DNA of 64,000 nt from Candidatus Bathyarchaeia archaeon (GCA_049512075.1 JBEKXL010000002.1:165930-229929); one strand, 5' to 3'; shown: positions 1 through 10,049, counted from the first letter of the stretch. Numbers and translations are program-made. The notes: generated by a model from the letters alone, not told the origin.

Positions 1-150
1 AAGTCAGAAACACAACAATATGCCACTTTTCAAGCTCGTTTCAATAATCAATACTTAATGCAATATTACGATATCACTGCGTTTTTGTGAGGTCCACCTA
101 CGAAACGCGTATACTATCTATGTGGAGCCCCGTGGACCGGAAAAACTTCC

Positions 151-750
151 GTGTTGCATTCACTTGCTAAAATGTATGCATGTACTCTTATTCCAGAGTT
201 CTTTGTAAACTACCCTGACTATTTCCTTTCTCTGACAGTCACTTCTAAAGAAGGAGTAAAGAGGGCTTCGATAGATTGGGTTCTTGCCCAATATAGAAGA
301 AAAGAATGCTTGATTAGATCGGCTAAGGGCTTAGTTATTTGCGACAGATCGCCCCTTGATCTGATTGTCTATTCGCTAGCATTTGGAAGTAAAATATACG
401 TTGAGACTGTGAAGAAGATGAAGAAAATTGAATGGAGTTCCGGCAGACTAATCCTTTTGCTCGTACCGAAAGCGGACGAATTGCTTAGAAGAATCCGCAC
501 AAGAAACCATTTGGATTCCTTTTCAAGCAACAAAATCCTAAATGGGCTCGTTATGCCGCTTGAGAACGAATATGAAAGATTGTACAATGTAATAAGGTCT
601 ACATGGATATCTACTGATTGTTCCCTTCAATGCGTCGTTAGAAAAATAGCATCTATCCTACAGGAATCGTACACGCCGACTGACCTGAACAAGTGGATAA
701 AAACTCTGCGCCTTAGTTGCTCTGAAGACGACACTATTCAGAAGTGTTAG
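151..750 (+). CDS. P-loop nucleoside/nucleotide monophosphate kinase (dNK/TMPK-like)
   Basis: ICDRS motif and LLRRIRTR lid. An in-frame Walker A (GAPWTGKT) is encoded at 124-147, upstream of the called start, so the true start is uncertain. Confidence 0.6.
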   Translation: MLHSLAKMYACTLIPEFFVNYPDYFLSLTVTSKEGVKRASIDWVLAQYRRKECLIRSAKGLVICDRSPLDLIVYSLAFGSKIYVETVKKMKKIEWSSGRLILLLVPKADELLRRIRTRNHLDSFSSNKILNGLVMPLENEYERLYNVIRSTWISTDCSLQCVVRKIASILQESYTPTDLNKWIKTLRLSCSEDDTIQKC

Positions 751-1102
751 AAAATGTGTTGACGAGGGCTAACGAGCTGGTTTACACGGAAGGCCAAACT
801 AAAAATCCTCCTGTGTGAAAGACTCTTTGAGTAAAGGATTTATCCTCGTCATATGATTGGTCCTTCAACGATCAGCCGTCCAAATATCTCCTGCCTTCTT
901 ACAACTTTTTTCGCTATCATATTCAAAGTCCATAGTCTCTCAATGAATCACTGGGGATTGATAGAGCTGGAATAGACAACCAGAAAACAGAGAAACTCTT
1001 GATGGCGCTGCGCACTCTCGAGCGCGAGGATGCTCAGCGCACCAAAAACGTGCGCGTGTAAAGGCCTGATGGATACGAACCTGTTCGGATCGGAGTCTCT
1101 AG

Positions 1103-1390
1103 GTACTTGTTGCTCAGCTCGCCAAGAAATTTGACACTATCGGCGTTGACGGCGTAGCGCGCGCGATTCAGGAGACTGCGGCCGACCTAGGTGGAACAAT
1201 ATCAGAAGAAGAAATGTTCAAGACGTTTAACATGGGATGGGGCTTCGCCCTGATAGTTAACAAAGAGGACGGCGAGAGGGCAATAGACGTTCTGGAAAAA
1301 ACTGGCACAGAGGCTGAAAAGATAGGTCGCGTGACCTGTGCAGAAGGGGTCAAGATTCTCTACAAGAACAGAAACATTGCTCTGAAGTAA
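1103..1390 (+). pseudogene. purM: AIR synthetase remnant, 5'-truncated with a large internal deletion
   Basis: Frame reads VLVAQLAKKFDTIGVDGVA (PurM N-region) fused directly to IQET..EEEMFKTFNMGWG..IGRV..* (PurM C-terminus). In-frame stop at 1100-1102 and no start codon. Confidence 0.8.
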
Positions 1391-1408
1391 CGTTTGCCTT
1401 GTTAATGT

Positions 1409-1423
1409 GGAAAGCGTTTAAAT
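1409..1423 (+). promoter_or_regulatory. Putative BRE/TATA promoter of purS-purL-purQ (probably leaderless)
   Basis: GGAAAG followed by TTTAAAT about 23-29 nt upstream of the purS ATG. Confidence 0.4.
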
Positions 1424-1445
1424 CTGCTTTTGCCCAGTTTAGCCT

Positions 1446-1697
1446 ATGAAGTACCGCCTCAAAATCGAAATCAGCTTAAAGCCCGGACACAGCGACCCTG
1501 AAGGAGAGACCACCGCGGGCTTGTTGAGGGAGCTGGGCTACAACGTTGAAGCTGTCAACGTCGGCAAAGTCTACAGAGTGATTCTTAATGCTTCCTCCAG
1601 AAAAGAAGCGCAGGCTGAGGCTGTGGAAATGTGCAAGAGGCTCTTGGCAAACCCGACTAAGGACGATTATGGGATACGTTTCGAGGAGACAAGATGA
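1446..1697 (+). CDS. purS: FGAM synthase subunit PurS
   Basis: LKPG..DPEG and MCKRLLANP motifs; overlaps purL. Confidence 0.95.
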   Translation: MKYRLKIEISLKPGHSDPEGETTAGLLRELGYNVEAVNVGKVYRVILNASSRKEAQAEAVEMCKRLLANPTKDDYGIRFEETR

Positions 1698-4075
1698 CGG
1701 CAAGCCTGTTTGTCCGCAGGAAAACCCCCTTTTCCCTCGTTGACGTGATGGTTCTCGGAGCCTCTGACGAGCAGCTTCTGGAAATCAGCCGCGAGCTTGG
1801 CTTGGCCCTTAGCCTGCACGAGATGAAGATGGTAAAAGAGCATTTTAGCAGGAGGGGACGGAACCCGACCGATGCCGAGCTTCAGACCATCGCTCAAACG
1901 TGGTCTGAGCACTGTTTCCACAAGACTTTCAAGGACAGAATCAGGTTTGACGGAAAACTGATTAACGGTCTTTTCAAAACGTACATTGCAAGTGCGACGA
2001 AGAGGATCAGTCCGGACTGGTGCTTCTCTGTTTTCGAGGATAACGCGGGCATCGTGAACTTCGACAAAGGGTACGGCGTGGCCGTCAAGGTTGAAACGCA
2101 CAATCATCCGTCGGCGGTGGAGCCTTTCGGCGGCGCGGCAACGGGGACGGGCGGCGTCATCCGAGACATCTTGGGCGTGTGGGCGGATCCGATAGCGTGT
2201 ACGGATGTGCTGGGTTTTGGGCCCTTGGATTTTGAGTATGAGAAGTTGCCCAGCGGTGTTAAGCATCCGAGGTACGAGTACATAGGTGTCGTGGCGGGGA
2301 TAGGAAGCTACGGCAACAACATGGGAATTCCAACAGTGAACGGAGCGATATACTTCGATGAGAGCTACACGGGCAACGTTGTTGTCTACTGCGGCTGCGT
2401 GGGCCTGCTTCCGTTTGACAGGTTCAGGAGGGATGCGAAAGCCGGTGACGCGATTGTGCTTGCGGGTGGCAAGACTGGTCGGGACGGTGTTCACGGGGTG
2501 ACTTTTGCGTCTGCGGAGCTGACGGAGAAATCTGAGACGGTTTCTCGGCCGGCCGTGCAGATCGCGAACCCTGTTGAGGAGGAGAAATTGAAGAGGGCAA
2601 TCGTTCAGGTCCGAGACATGGGGCTGGCATCAGGCATAACGGATCTGGGCGGTGGAGGCCTATCTTCGGCGGTCGGCGAGACGGCCAACAAGTACGGCTG
2701 CGGAGCAGTGGTTGACCTTGACAAGGTACCATTGAAGTATGCGGGGTTGGCTCCGTGGGAAATCTACGTTTCAGAGTCACAGGAAAGAATGCTGCTGACG
2801 GTGCCGTCTGACAACGTTGAAAAGGTTCTCAGAGTCTTTGGCGGAGAGGATGTTGAGGCGACGGTCATCGGGAGACTGATTTCCGGCGGATTACTGAGGC
2901 TTGATTATATGGGTGAGAGGGTTGGGGAGTTGGGCATTTCCTTCCTTTTCAAGCCGCCGAGAATCACTAGGACGGCGGAGTACCATCCTGCAGGTGATGC
3001 GGAGCCGATGTTTCCGGAGCCTGAGGACTTGAATGAGGTGTTAATGCGGGTTTTGGCTTCGCCTAACGTGGCGAGCAAGGAGAGTGTTGTGAGGAGTTAT
3101 GATCACGAGGTGAAAGGGCACACGGTGCTTAAGCCATTGCAGGGCGAGTTTGGCGGGCCAAACGATGCGGCCGTGTTGAAGCCGCTGGATGATTCTTGGA
3201 GGGGCATAGCGGTTTCGTGCGGCATGAACCCAAGTTACGGAAGGATTGATGCTTACTGGATGGCGGCTTCAGCGATTGATGAGGCCGTCAGGAACAACGT
3301 CGCTGTTGGCGGAAGAAGAATTGCTTTGCTGGACAATTTCACGTGGGGCAATCCCGAAAGACCTGAACGATTGGGCAGCTTGGTACGGGCCTGCGAAGCG
3401 TGTTACGATTTTGCCGTTGCTTTTGGGACGCCGTTCATATCTGGGAAAGACAGCTTGTACAACGAGTCGCCGCTTGGACCCGTGACGCCGACACTTCTGA
3501 TTACGGCTCTAGGGTTCATGCCTAATATTCGTTCAACGGTTTCGATGGATGTTAAGGCTTCGGGCGATTCTATGTACGTTGTGGGCGAAACTTTTCCGGA
3601 GCTGGGCGGCTCAGAATATTACAAGCTGAAGGGATGCTTGGGCAAGTCTGTTCCCAACGTGCGTGGTGCTCAGGCTAGGAAAGGGTTCAAGGCGGTTACT
3701 AGGGCGATTGACCATGGGCTGGTTAAGACGTGCCATGACCTGTCTGAGGGCGGTTTGGCCGTGGCGGCGGCGGAGATGGCTTTTGCCGGAGGTTATGGGT
3801 TGGAGTTGGATTTGGGCAAGGTTCCGGCGAAAGATCTGGGACGTGATGATTTTGTCTTGTTTTCGGAGTCGAACAGCAGGTTTCTTGTGGAGGTCTCTGG
3901 GAAGGCTCGGGACGAGTTTGAGGGTTTGATGAAGGGCGTGGTTTGTGCTGAGGTTGGCAAGGTAACAAAGTCTCCTCGGCTGTGTACCAGCGGTCTGGCT
4001 GGTGGAGTGATTGTGGACGCTTCGTTGGGCGATTTGTTGAAGAGTTGGAAGAGAACCTTGAGCAGTGGGGTGTGA
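1694..4075 (+). CDS. purL: FGAM synthase subunit PurL
   Basis: WSEHCFHK, KVETHNHPS, GAATGTGG, SESQERM, HDLSEGGL. Confidence 0.97.
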   Translation: MTASLFVRRKTPFSLVDVMVLGASDEQLLEISRELGLALSLHEMKMVKEHFSRRGRNPTDAELQTIAQTWSEHCFHKTFKDRIRFDGKLINGLFKTYIASATKRISPDWCFSVFEDNAGIVNFDKGYGVAVKVETHNHPSAVEPFGGAATGTGGVIRDILGVWADPIACTDVLGFGPLDFEYEKLPSGVKHPRYEYIGVVAGIGSYGNNMGIPTVNGAIYFDESYTGNVVVYCGCVGLLPFDRFRRDAKAGDAIVLAGGKTGRDGVHGVTFASAELTEKSETVSRPAVQIANPVEEEKLKRAIVQVRDMGLASGITDLGGGGLSSAVGETANKYGCGAVVDLDKVPLKYAGLAPWEIYVSESQERMLLTVPSDNVEKVLRVFGGEDVEATVIGRLISGGLLRLDYMGERVGELGISFLFKPPRITRTAEYHPAGDAEPMFPEPEDLNEVLMRVLASPNVASKESVVRSYDHEVKGHTVLKPLQGEFGGPNDAAVLKPLDDSWRGIAVSCGMNPSYGRIDAYWMAASAIDEAVRNNVAVGGRRIALLDNFTWGNPERPERLGSLVRACEACYDFAVAFGTPFISGKDSLYNESPLGPVTPTLLITALGFMPNIRSTVSMDVKASGDSMYVVGETFPELGGSEYYKLKGCLGKSVPNVRGAQARKGFKAVTRAIDHGLVKTCHDLSEGGLAVAAAEMAFAGGYGLELDLGKVPAKDLGRDDFVLFSESNSRFLVEVSGKARDEFEGLMKGVVCAEVGKVTKSPRLCTSGLAGGVIVDASLGDLLKSWKRTLSSGV

Positions 4076-4078
4076 GTT

Positions 4079-4894
4079 GTGAAGCGTGGGGACATTAGGG
4101 TTTGTGTTTTGCGTGTGGGTGGAACCAATTGTGATGCGGAGACGAGGCTTTCGTTCGCAGCGTTGGGTGTGCAGGCAGAGGTTGCGCATGTGAATGAGGT
4201 TGTGAAGAGGAATAGTCTTTTGGAGTATGATGTGCTGGTTTTTCCAGGGGGTTTTTCTTATGGGGATTATGTTCGGGCTGGGGCGATTTGGGCGAAGTGG
4301 ATTCTGGCTAAGCTGGGTAAGGAGTTGAAGGCTTTTGTCGATGAGGACCGTCTGATTCTTGGGATTTGTAACGGTTTTCAAGTGCTCGTCGAGACGGGTC
4401 TGCTGCCAGGCTTTGAAGGAATGAGCCCTTATCCTGAGGCGGGGTTGGCCACAAACTTTCCGCCAGGATACAACTGCCGCTGGATAAGCCTAAAGCATGA
4501 AAACAGCGGAAAATGTGCGTTCACCTCGCAAATTCCAAAGGGAAAGGTTCTGCACGTACCAGTCGCGCACAGCGAAGGCAGGTTTCTATTTCAGAAAGAG
4601 AAGGAGAAGCAGTATCTCGAGAAGCTTAGGGAGAATGATCAACTGGTCTTCCGATACTGCAACAAAGACGGCGATTACGCCAAAGGCAGTTTTCCCACGA
4701 ATCCGAACGGTTCTTTCCATGATATAGCAGGCATATGCAACCCAGAGGGAACAGTGTTCGGGCTAATGCCGCACCCTGAAAGAGCATTCTACTGGTGGCA
4801 ACAAGCCGACTGGACAGAGCAACAGAAGATGTCGCAACACGGCGATGGAAAACTGATCTTTGAAAGCTTGATTAATCATTTGGAAAAAATCTAA
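4079..4894 (+). CDS. purQ: FGAM synthase glutaminase subunit PurQ
   Basis: PGGFSYGD, GICNGFQ, MPHPER. Confidence 0.97.
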   Translation: MKRGDIRVCVLRVGGTNCDAETRLSFAALGVQAEVAHVNEVVKRNSLLEYDVLVFPGGFSYGDYVRAGAIWAKWILAKLGKELKAFVDEDRLILGICNGFQVLVETGLLPGFEGMSPYPEAGLATNFPPGYNCRWISLKHENSGKCAFTSQIPKGKVLHVPVAHSEGRFLFQKEKEKQYLEKLRENDQLVFRYCNKDGDYAKGSFPTNPNGSFHDIAGICNPEGTVFGLMPHPERAFYWWQQADWTEQQKMSQHGDGKLIFESLINHLEKI

Positions 4895-5484
4895 GTTGAG
4901 AAACCTTCCAGCACTTATCTATCTCACGAACGAAATTAAGAGAGATTCTGGCAAACACAAGGTTTGTGTGAGACGTCACCACTCGGCACGCATGCGAACA
5001 AAACGTGAGCTTACATATTCTCTTCTTAATAGATTGCGTACGAATGAATTTAAGGTGCGCTATGCCCGAGGTGTTCTACACGGTTTTCCTTTTCACCCAA
5101 AGAAGCCCTATTATCATCCACACACTGAACGGTCTTCTACTATGTGTTCCCAAAACAAACCATGTGTCACATTTTCTCTTTCTCATGCTGTGATAGCACA
5201 TTTCGGTTACTTTCTGTTTTGCTACCTCTGTCTGAAGCGCGCACCTTAAGCAAGGATCGCAACGTTTTAGAAAACTAAAGAAAAAAGTCCATATATACAG
5301 TAGGCGTTTCTACTCTGTCGTTCACAGATGAAATTGTGAAAGAAACACATTTCACAATGGAGTTTGTTCAGAAAACAAAGCAGAATTGCGTGCATACGTT
5401 CAAATGCACTCTAATAAGAGTTAAGTTCCAGCAGAGGTTAGTGATCGGAGTCTAACGCGCACGAATGGCAGAGTTGACTTTGAA

Positions 5485-7455
5485 ATGGCGTCTGATTCTC
5501 AAACTCAGAATCTCATGGAAAGGGTTTTGGGCTTCGAAAAAAAGTTCGTAAATTACATCATTGATCCATTGCATGGCCAAATAGGTCTCACCCCGCTCGA
5601 GGAGAATGTTATCAAGACAAAAGCTTTCAGAAGACTGCGGAATATCCAGCAATTGGGTTTTGCCTCCAACATCTATCCAGGAGCAACTCACAAGCGCTAT
5701 GAGCATTGTATTGGTACTTTGCACGTAACTTGGACAATGTTTAAACAATTCATAAAGAATTATGCTGTCCAAAATCAGTGGACAAACTTTGAATTGATGG
5801 AGTCCTTTTCTGATGAAATGTTGGAATTTCTGAGACTTGCCGCACTTCTTCACGATTTGGGGCATGGTCCATTTTCTCATTCATTTGAAGAGGTGGCGAA
5901 TAGTATGGGCCAGAAAATCGACCATGACAGGATAACAAATTACCTTCTGACTTACGACTTCCCAGATGAAGCTATTGAGGATTTGTGCCCTGATCCAGAC
6001 ACTCTAACGCTAATGAAGAAATCAGAAAAATTGAAAGCCTTCAGGGAAGAACTCAAAGTCATTCCCACAGAAACCAGAGAACCTATCGTTGGAATCTATG
6101 AAAAAGACTACAAAATGCTGTTGTCAAAACCGAAAGGATTTGAATCAATTCGGCTTTTTCTGAATAATATTCTTAAGGGCGATATTGGCTCAGACCGAAT
6201 TGACTATCTGTTGAGAGACACATACTTTTCTGGGCTGGGTCATCGCTTCAACTTTTCTGATCTGATCAGTAATCTGCGAGGAATGTATGATTCCAAATCG
6301 AATAGATTGCTTCTCGCAATTGATTCCAAGGGAAGGAATATAGTTGAGTTCATCATGATGACCAGATACTATCACTACAGACTTATTGCTCATCATCCGC
6401 GCAATGTTCTGGAAGAGACGAAATTCAAGGAACGCGTCAAAAGTCACTTGGAAAGACCTGCAGAATTTACTTTCTTTTCTGCAGCGATGGATGATGATGG
6501 CATTGAAAGAATACTTCCACCTTTTGAGAAAAACATCGAGCTGGCAGGCGCCTGGGATATGAATTCAATCGGATTGGATCATTTTCGCTATTTCTTCTAC
6601 AGGTTGGCAAGTGATTCGCGCCTTAGAGGTGAGTACCTTAGACGAATCAAAAATAACATTGTTAGAGGCGTCTACCAACATACGGGATTAAAGATTCACG
6701 ATGAAGATGTTCTTCTTGCCTTTGTTCTTGAAACTCCCCACCTGCCATTAATCCAGATATATCGAGAGGAATATCAAGTCAAAAAGGACGAGGATATTGA
6801 GAAATATAGTGTTTTGCTTCATGATTATTCGATACTAGCTCAAGGACTGGCAAGGGCTTACCTTGAGGATTCGTCACTTCTGGTTTTTGCCAGAAAAGAA
6901 GATTGTCAGAATATCGGAAAGTACACGCGCTCTACTCACCATTTTTACGTAAACGAGTATCTTTTCTCGACATTGATGTCGAGCGTCCAAACTTTGGACA
7001 AGAATAGGTACGACTTCTTGCTTTTTGCTCTCCATGAAATTACAGATGGAGGGATGAAGGTTTTTTCAGGTATACTCAGCCTTTTCGGCAAGATTCTCGA
7101 AATGCAACGAAAGCTTAACGTCAGCTTTTACGACTTTGATCACAAGTATTTCTATGATCCAGATCGTGGTTCTTTTTGTTATCCTACGGTACTAGGGAAA
7201 GAACAGAGCCTAATTGACGATTTGTTTATGTTTGACGCAGCAGGGCTTATTGAAATAAGAATGCACTTCGTGAACAGAACGTACGCGGGCAAACCCTATC
7301 ATTCATACTCCTACTTCTTCACTCCAACTATAAGGACGCAGGACATCACACAATTGCCAATTTCAGTGATCCCATTGAAAACAGCGCTTAGGCTATATTC
7401 CCCAGACTTCAAAGATAAATATGGATTGACAACAGAACGTTTGCGGTCACCCTAG
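5485..7455 (+). CDS. HD-domain dNTP triphosphohydrolase-like protein (SAMHD1/COG1078-type) with long C-terminal extension
   Basis: IDPLHG, RLRNIQQLG, HKRYEH, LLHDLGHGPFSH, DRIDYLLRD. Confidence 0.85.
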   Translation: MASDSQTQNLMERVLGFEKKFVNYIIDPLHGQIGLTPLEENVIKTKAFRRLRNIQQLGFASNIYPGATHKRYEHCIGTLHVTWTMFKQFIKNYAVQNQWTNFELMESFSDEMLEFLRLAALLHDLGHGPFSHSFEEVANSMGQKIDHDRITNYLLTYDFPDEAIEDLCPDPDTLTLMKKSEKLKAFREELKVIPTETREPIVGIYEKDYKMLLSKPKGFESIRLFLNNILKGDIGSDRIDYLLRDTYFSGLGHRFNFSDLISNLRGMYDSKSNRLLLAIDSKGRNIVEFIMMTRYYHYRLIAHHPRNVLEETKFKERVKSHLERPAEFTFFSAAMDDDGIERILPPFEKNIELAGAWDMNSIGLDHFRYFFYRLASDSRLRGEYLRRIKNNIVRGVYQHTGLKIHDEDVLLAFVLETPHLPLIQIYREEYQVKKDEDIEKYSVLLHDYSILAQGLARAYLEDSSLLVFARKEDCQNIGKYTRSTHHFYVNEYLFSTLMSSVQTLDKNRYDFLLFALHEITDGGMKVFSGILSLFGKILEMQRKLNVSFYDFDHKYFYDPDRGSFCYPTVLGKEQSLIDDLFMFDAAGLIEIRMHFVNRTYAGKPYHSYSYFFTPTIRTQDITQLPISVIPLKTALRLYSPDFKDKYGLTTERLRSP

Positions 7456-7608
7456 AACACATAGAGATGAACATTGGTGACCCGTCATCTCGGGTCTCTC
7501 TTTTCCACAACAGATTTTTCAGTTTTTTGCTTTCAAGCTTCTCTTGTTGTCATTAGAGCTTTGGCTCTTCACAAATATAAACTGCGCTTGACCTGTATAT
7601 AAAAGGTA

Positions 7609-8361
7609 TTGATCAGCTTGGAATCAATCACAGAAAAACGCGAACTCTTCAGACATTACTATTCGAAATCATATCCAGTTAACAGGAATTTGCTGGATCT
7701 CAAATTCAGACATTTCCGTTTCCAGCTTTTTTCCAAAAAGGTCACGTTTCGCAGGATATTGGACATTATCAATTCCCCCGAGCAATTGCGTGACAAATTG
7801 ATAAGTTATGTTCCTTTGAATGCTTATTTCACTCCTGTCAAATGGTTGAGTCCGATTTACGTTGGGCATACCAAGAATGTTCTTGAGGTGATGCTGTCGG
7901 CTCCACTCTACTTTGACATAGACATGCAGGACCTCTTTCCTCCTGTTTTTTCAGAAGTGAAAAGAAACACTTTACTTTTGCTTGAGATTTTGGAAGAAGA
8001 ATATTCCCAACGCCCAGACTTGATTGTCTTCTCTGGAAGGCAAGGTTTTCACATCTACTTTTGGAAGTGGGACATGCCTGAAATCCTGAAACTCAATCCT
8101 GCGAGCAGAGTGATTGAATTCAAGAAGCAGAGATCTATTATTCTAGAAATTGTGAGAAGAAAAAAAGTCGTTGTTGATGAAAGGATCACTGCTGATCCGT
8201 TTAGAATCATGAAAATACCAAACACGCTTCATGGAAAAACTGGTCTCATTGCTAAGCCAGTCAAAGAAGTTGAAAAGTTTGATCCTAAAACGGATGCTCA
8301 GGCATTTGATCGTGAAGTCTATGAGCGCCTTTTTAGGATTGACTGGGGAATTTACGACTAA
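7609..8361 (+). CDS. Compact archaeo-eukaryotic primase (PriS-like) catalytic domain protein
   Basis: FDID, FSGRQGFH and D..ITAD..RIMKIPNTLHGKTGL motifs of PriS. Confidence 0.8.
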   Translation: MISLESITEKRELFRHYYSKSYPVNRNLLDLKFRHFRFQLFSKKVTFRRILDIINSPEQLRDKLISYVPLNAYFTPVKWLSPIYVGHTKNVLEVMLSAPLYFDIDMQDLFPPVFSEVKRNTLLLLEILEEEYSQRPDLIVFSGRQGFHIYFWKWDMPEILKLNPASRVIEFKKQRSIILEIVRRKKVVVDERITADPFRIMKIPNTLHGKTGLIAKPVKEVEKFDPKTDAQAFDREVYERLFRIDWGIYD

Positions 8362-8736
8362 ATTTCCAGAATCCTTGCTGCAAACTCGGTCTTAGACGTC
8401 AAAAATCGTATAACCTCAAAACATGCGTCGGCATTCATCAAGAAAGGAACCCTTGCAACCAACCTATTTGGCTCAGCACTGTAGGCATGACACGTCGTGT
8501 TCACATGAACAGACAAACGGTGACTTGCTAGAGGGTGAACTCGGCTAAAGTGCGATGGAGACATTTCCACTGGCAGTCAAGTTCAAATTCCAAACAGAGC
8601 ACAACCCGAGCAAGTTCTATGCCTCGTTGTTCTTCAAAGCTGGTACCAGCCTTATGCCAGTTCTCGGTTGATTTATATAAAAAAAGGAGGATAGTAATTG
8701 CACTTGAGTTCTGGGCGTCGATGGACTTGAGAGACT

Positions 8737-9393
8737 ATGAGCAAACCAAATAGGAGCGATAGAAAAGCCGAGGTCGGTGGTATTTCCTCAAGCAACTCCA
8801 TTAAGAGATATAGTGCGCTTCTAGAAAATAAGTTGGGTGCTTTTGACGTTAAGGATAACGGAGAATATGTTCTACTGCACAAGCGAATCAGGCTTCCAGC
8901 CAAGAAATTCATTGATGCTATCGTTTACTCTACTGATAGAATATACATTTCGGGTTCGGCATACATAGATAGTGACGAATTTGGACAGAATGCAACGAGA
9001 ATAGTTGAACTAGCTCAACAAGCCATTTCGCCTGTTGAAAATGTGCGACCAATCTCTATCCAGAGTGCCAAAGATATTCTAGATTTTGCCAAGCACCTCA
9101 ACCTAGACAAGGACTATGAACGGATGATAGCGATCATTTTGTCAGACACTTCCAATGAAATTGTTCTTAGAGAAAAAATGAAAGCCTTCCAAATTGCAGG
9201 CGTTGCTCTAGATGACAGCATTCCTGAAAAGATAAGGAGATTAAGGGAAAAAGGTTGCCAATTTGTTGAGGAAGTTGGAATAAAAAACCTTAGAGAAATA
9301 CGAAACAAAATCGTACACTATGGAGAAATACCTCATAAAGGGCAAGCGGAAGAATGTTTGAAACTAGCAGATAGAGTCCTTCGGTCGGTGTGA
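8737..9393 (+). CDS. Hypothetical protein with C-terminal HEPN-like domain
   Basis: R-x4-H motif (RNKIVH) in a helical C-terminal region. Confidence 0.5.
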   Translation: MSKPNRSDRKAEVGGISSSNSIKRYSALLENKLGAFDVKDNGEYVLLHKRIRLPAKKFIDAIVYSTDRIYISGSAYIDSDEFGQNATRIVELAQQAISPVENVRPISIQSAKDILDFAKHLNLDKDYERMIAIILSDTSNEIVLREKMKAFQIAGVALDDSIPEKIRRLREKGCQFVEEVGIKNLREIRNKIVHYGEIPHKGQAEECLKLADRVLRSV

Positions 9394-10049
9394 ACATGGT
9401 TCTTGGAGGTCTGAATGAATACGTTGCATATATTGGTTCAGATGAAGCAGGTAAAGGTGAATGGCTCGGGCCTCTTATTGTGGCCGCTGTTGCTTTATCA
9501 AGGCAACAGCGTTCATATCTTGTCACTCAAGGAGTAATGGATAGTAAAGAACTCAGGCTAGATGTCATAGTTGAACTTGCCAAAGTGATACAGAGGTCTT
9601 GCCTTTCTTATCATGCTATGACAATCTCCCCTCTTTCATTCAATGATCTGATGAAACAGGTGAAAGGCGAAGGACGGAGTCTAAACGACATTTTGGCATG
9701 GGGGCACTCGCAAGCAATCGGCAATGTTTTTGAAGAACTCACCCGAAACGGAATATCAGGCAAGATCAAGCTTTCAATCGATATGTTTGACCAGATAAAA
9801 ACAGAAGCTAGACTGAAGAAAATCATTGATTTAGAGAAATTTGATTTAGATCACCGACCGAAAGCAGAAAGCGAAACTTCTGTAGCAGCAGCAAGCATAG
9901 TTGCTCGCGCTGTAAGGGAACTTTGGATTGATGAAAAATCAAAAGAACTCCGTCTGGATTTGCGAAAGCTCTCAGTTAATGAAGCAATATCGCGATCTGA
10001 TGCGGGCAACTTTGCAAAGGTAAGTTTCTTGAAGCGGAGAAAACTGTAA
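9390..10049 (+). CDS. Ribonuclease HII/HIII family protein
   Basis: IGSDEAGKGEWLGPLIVAAV, GVMDSK, VAAASIVAR. Confidence 0.85.
   Translation: MNMVLGGLNEYVAYIGSDEAGKGEWLGPLIVAAVALSRQQRSYLVTQGVMDSKELRLDVIVELAKVIQRSCLSYHAMTISPLSFNDLMKQVKGEGRSLNDILAWGHSQAIGNVFEELTRNGISGKIKLSIDMFDQIKTEARLKKIIDLEKFDLDHRPKAESETSVAAASIVARAVRELWIDEKSKELRLDLRKLSVNEAISRSDAGNFAKVSFLKRRKL

Noticed and set aside
88-90. TGA as selenocysteine
   Set aside because: No redox motif context and no SECIS-like element recognised.
1667-4381. Long antisense ORFs over purL/purQ, and similar shadow ORFs over sucCD, gap, pgk, GH57 and GT4 genes
   Set aside because: They overlap well-supported genes on the other strand or frame and have no motifs.
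4896-5249. ORFs 4896..5249, 8358..8570, 8535..8753, 26941..27300, 34152..34457, 46035..46262 and 57341..57670
   Set aside because: Atypical composition, located in patchwork or low-complexity intergenic DNA, no recognisable family.
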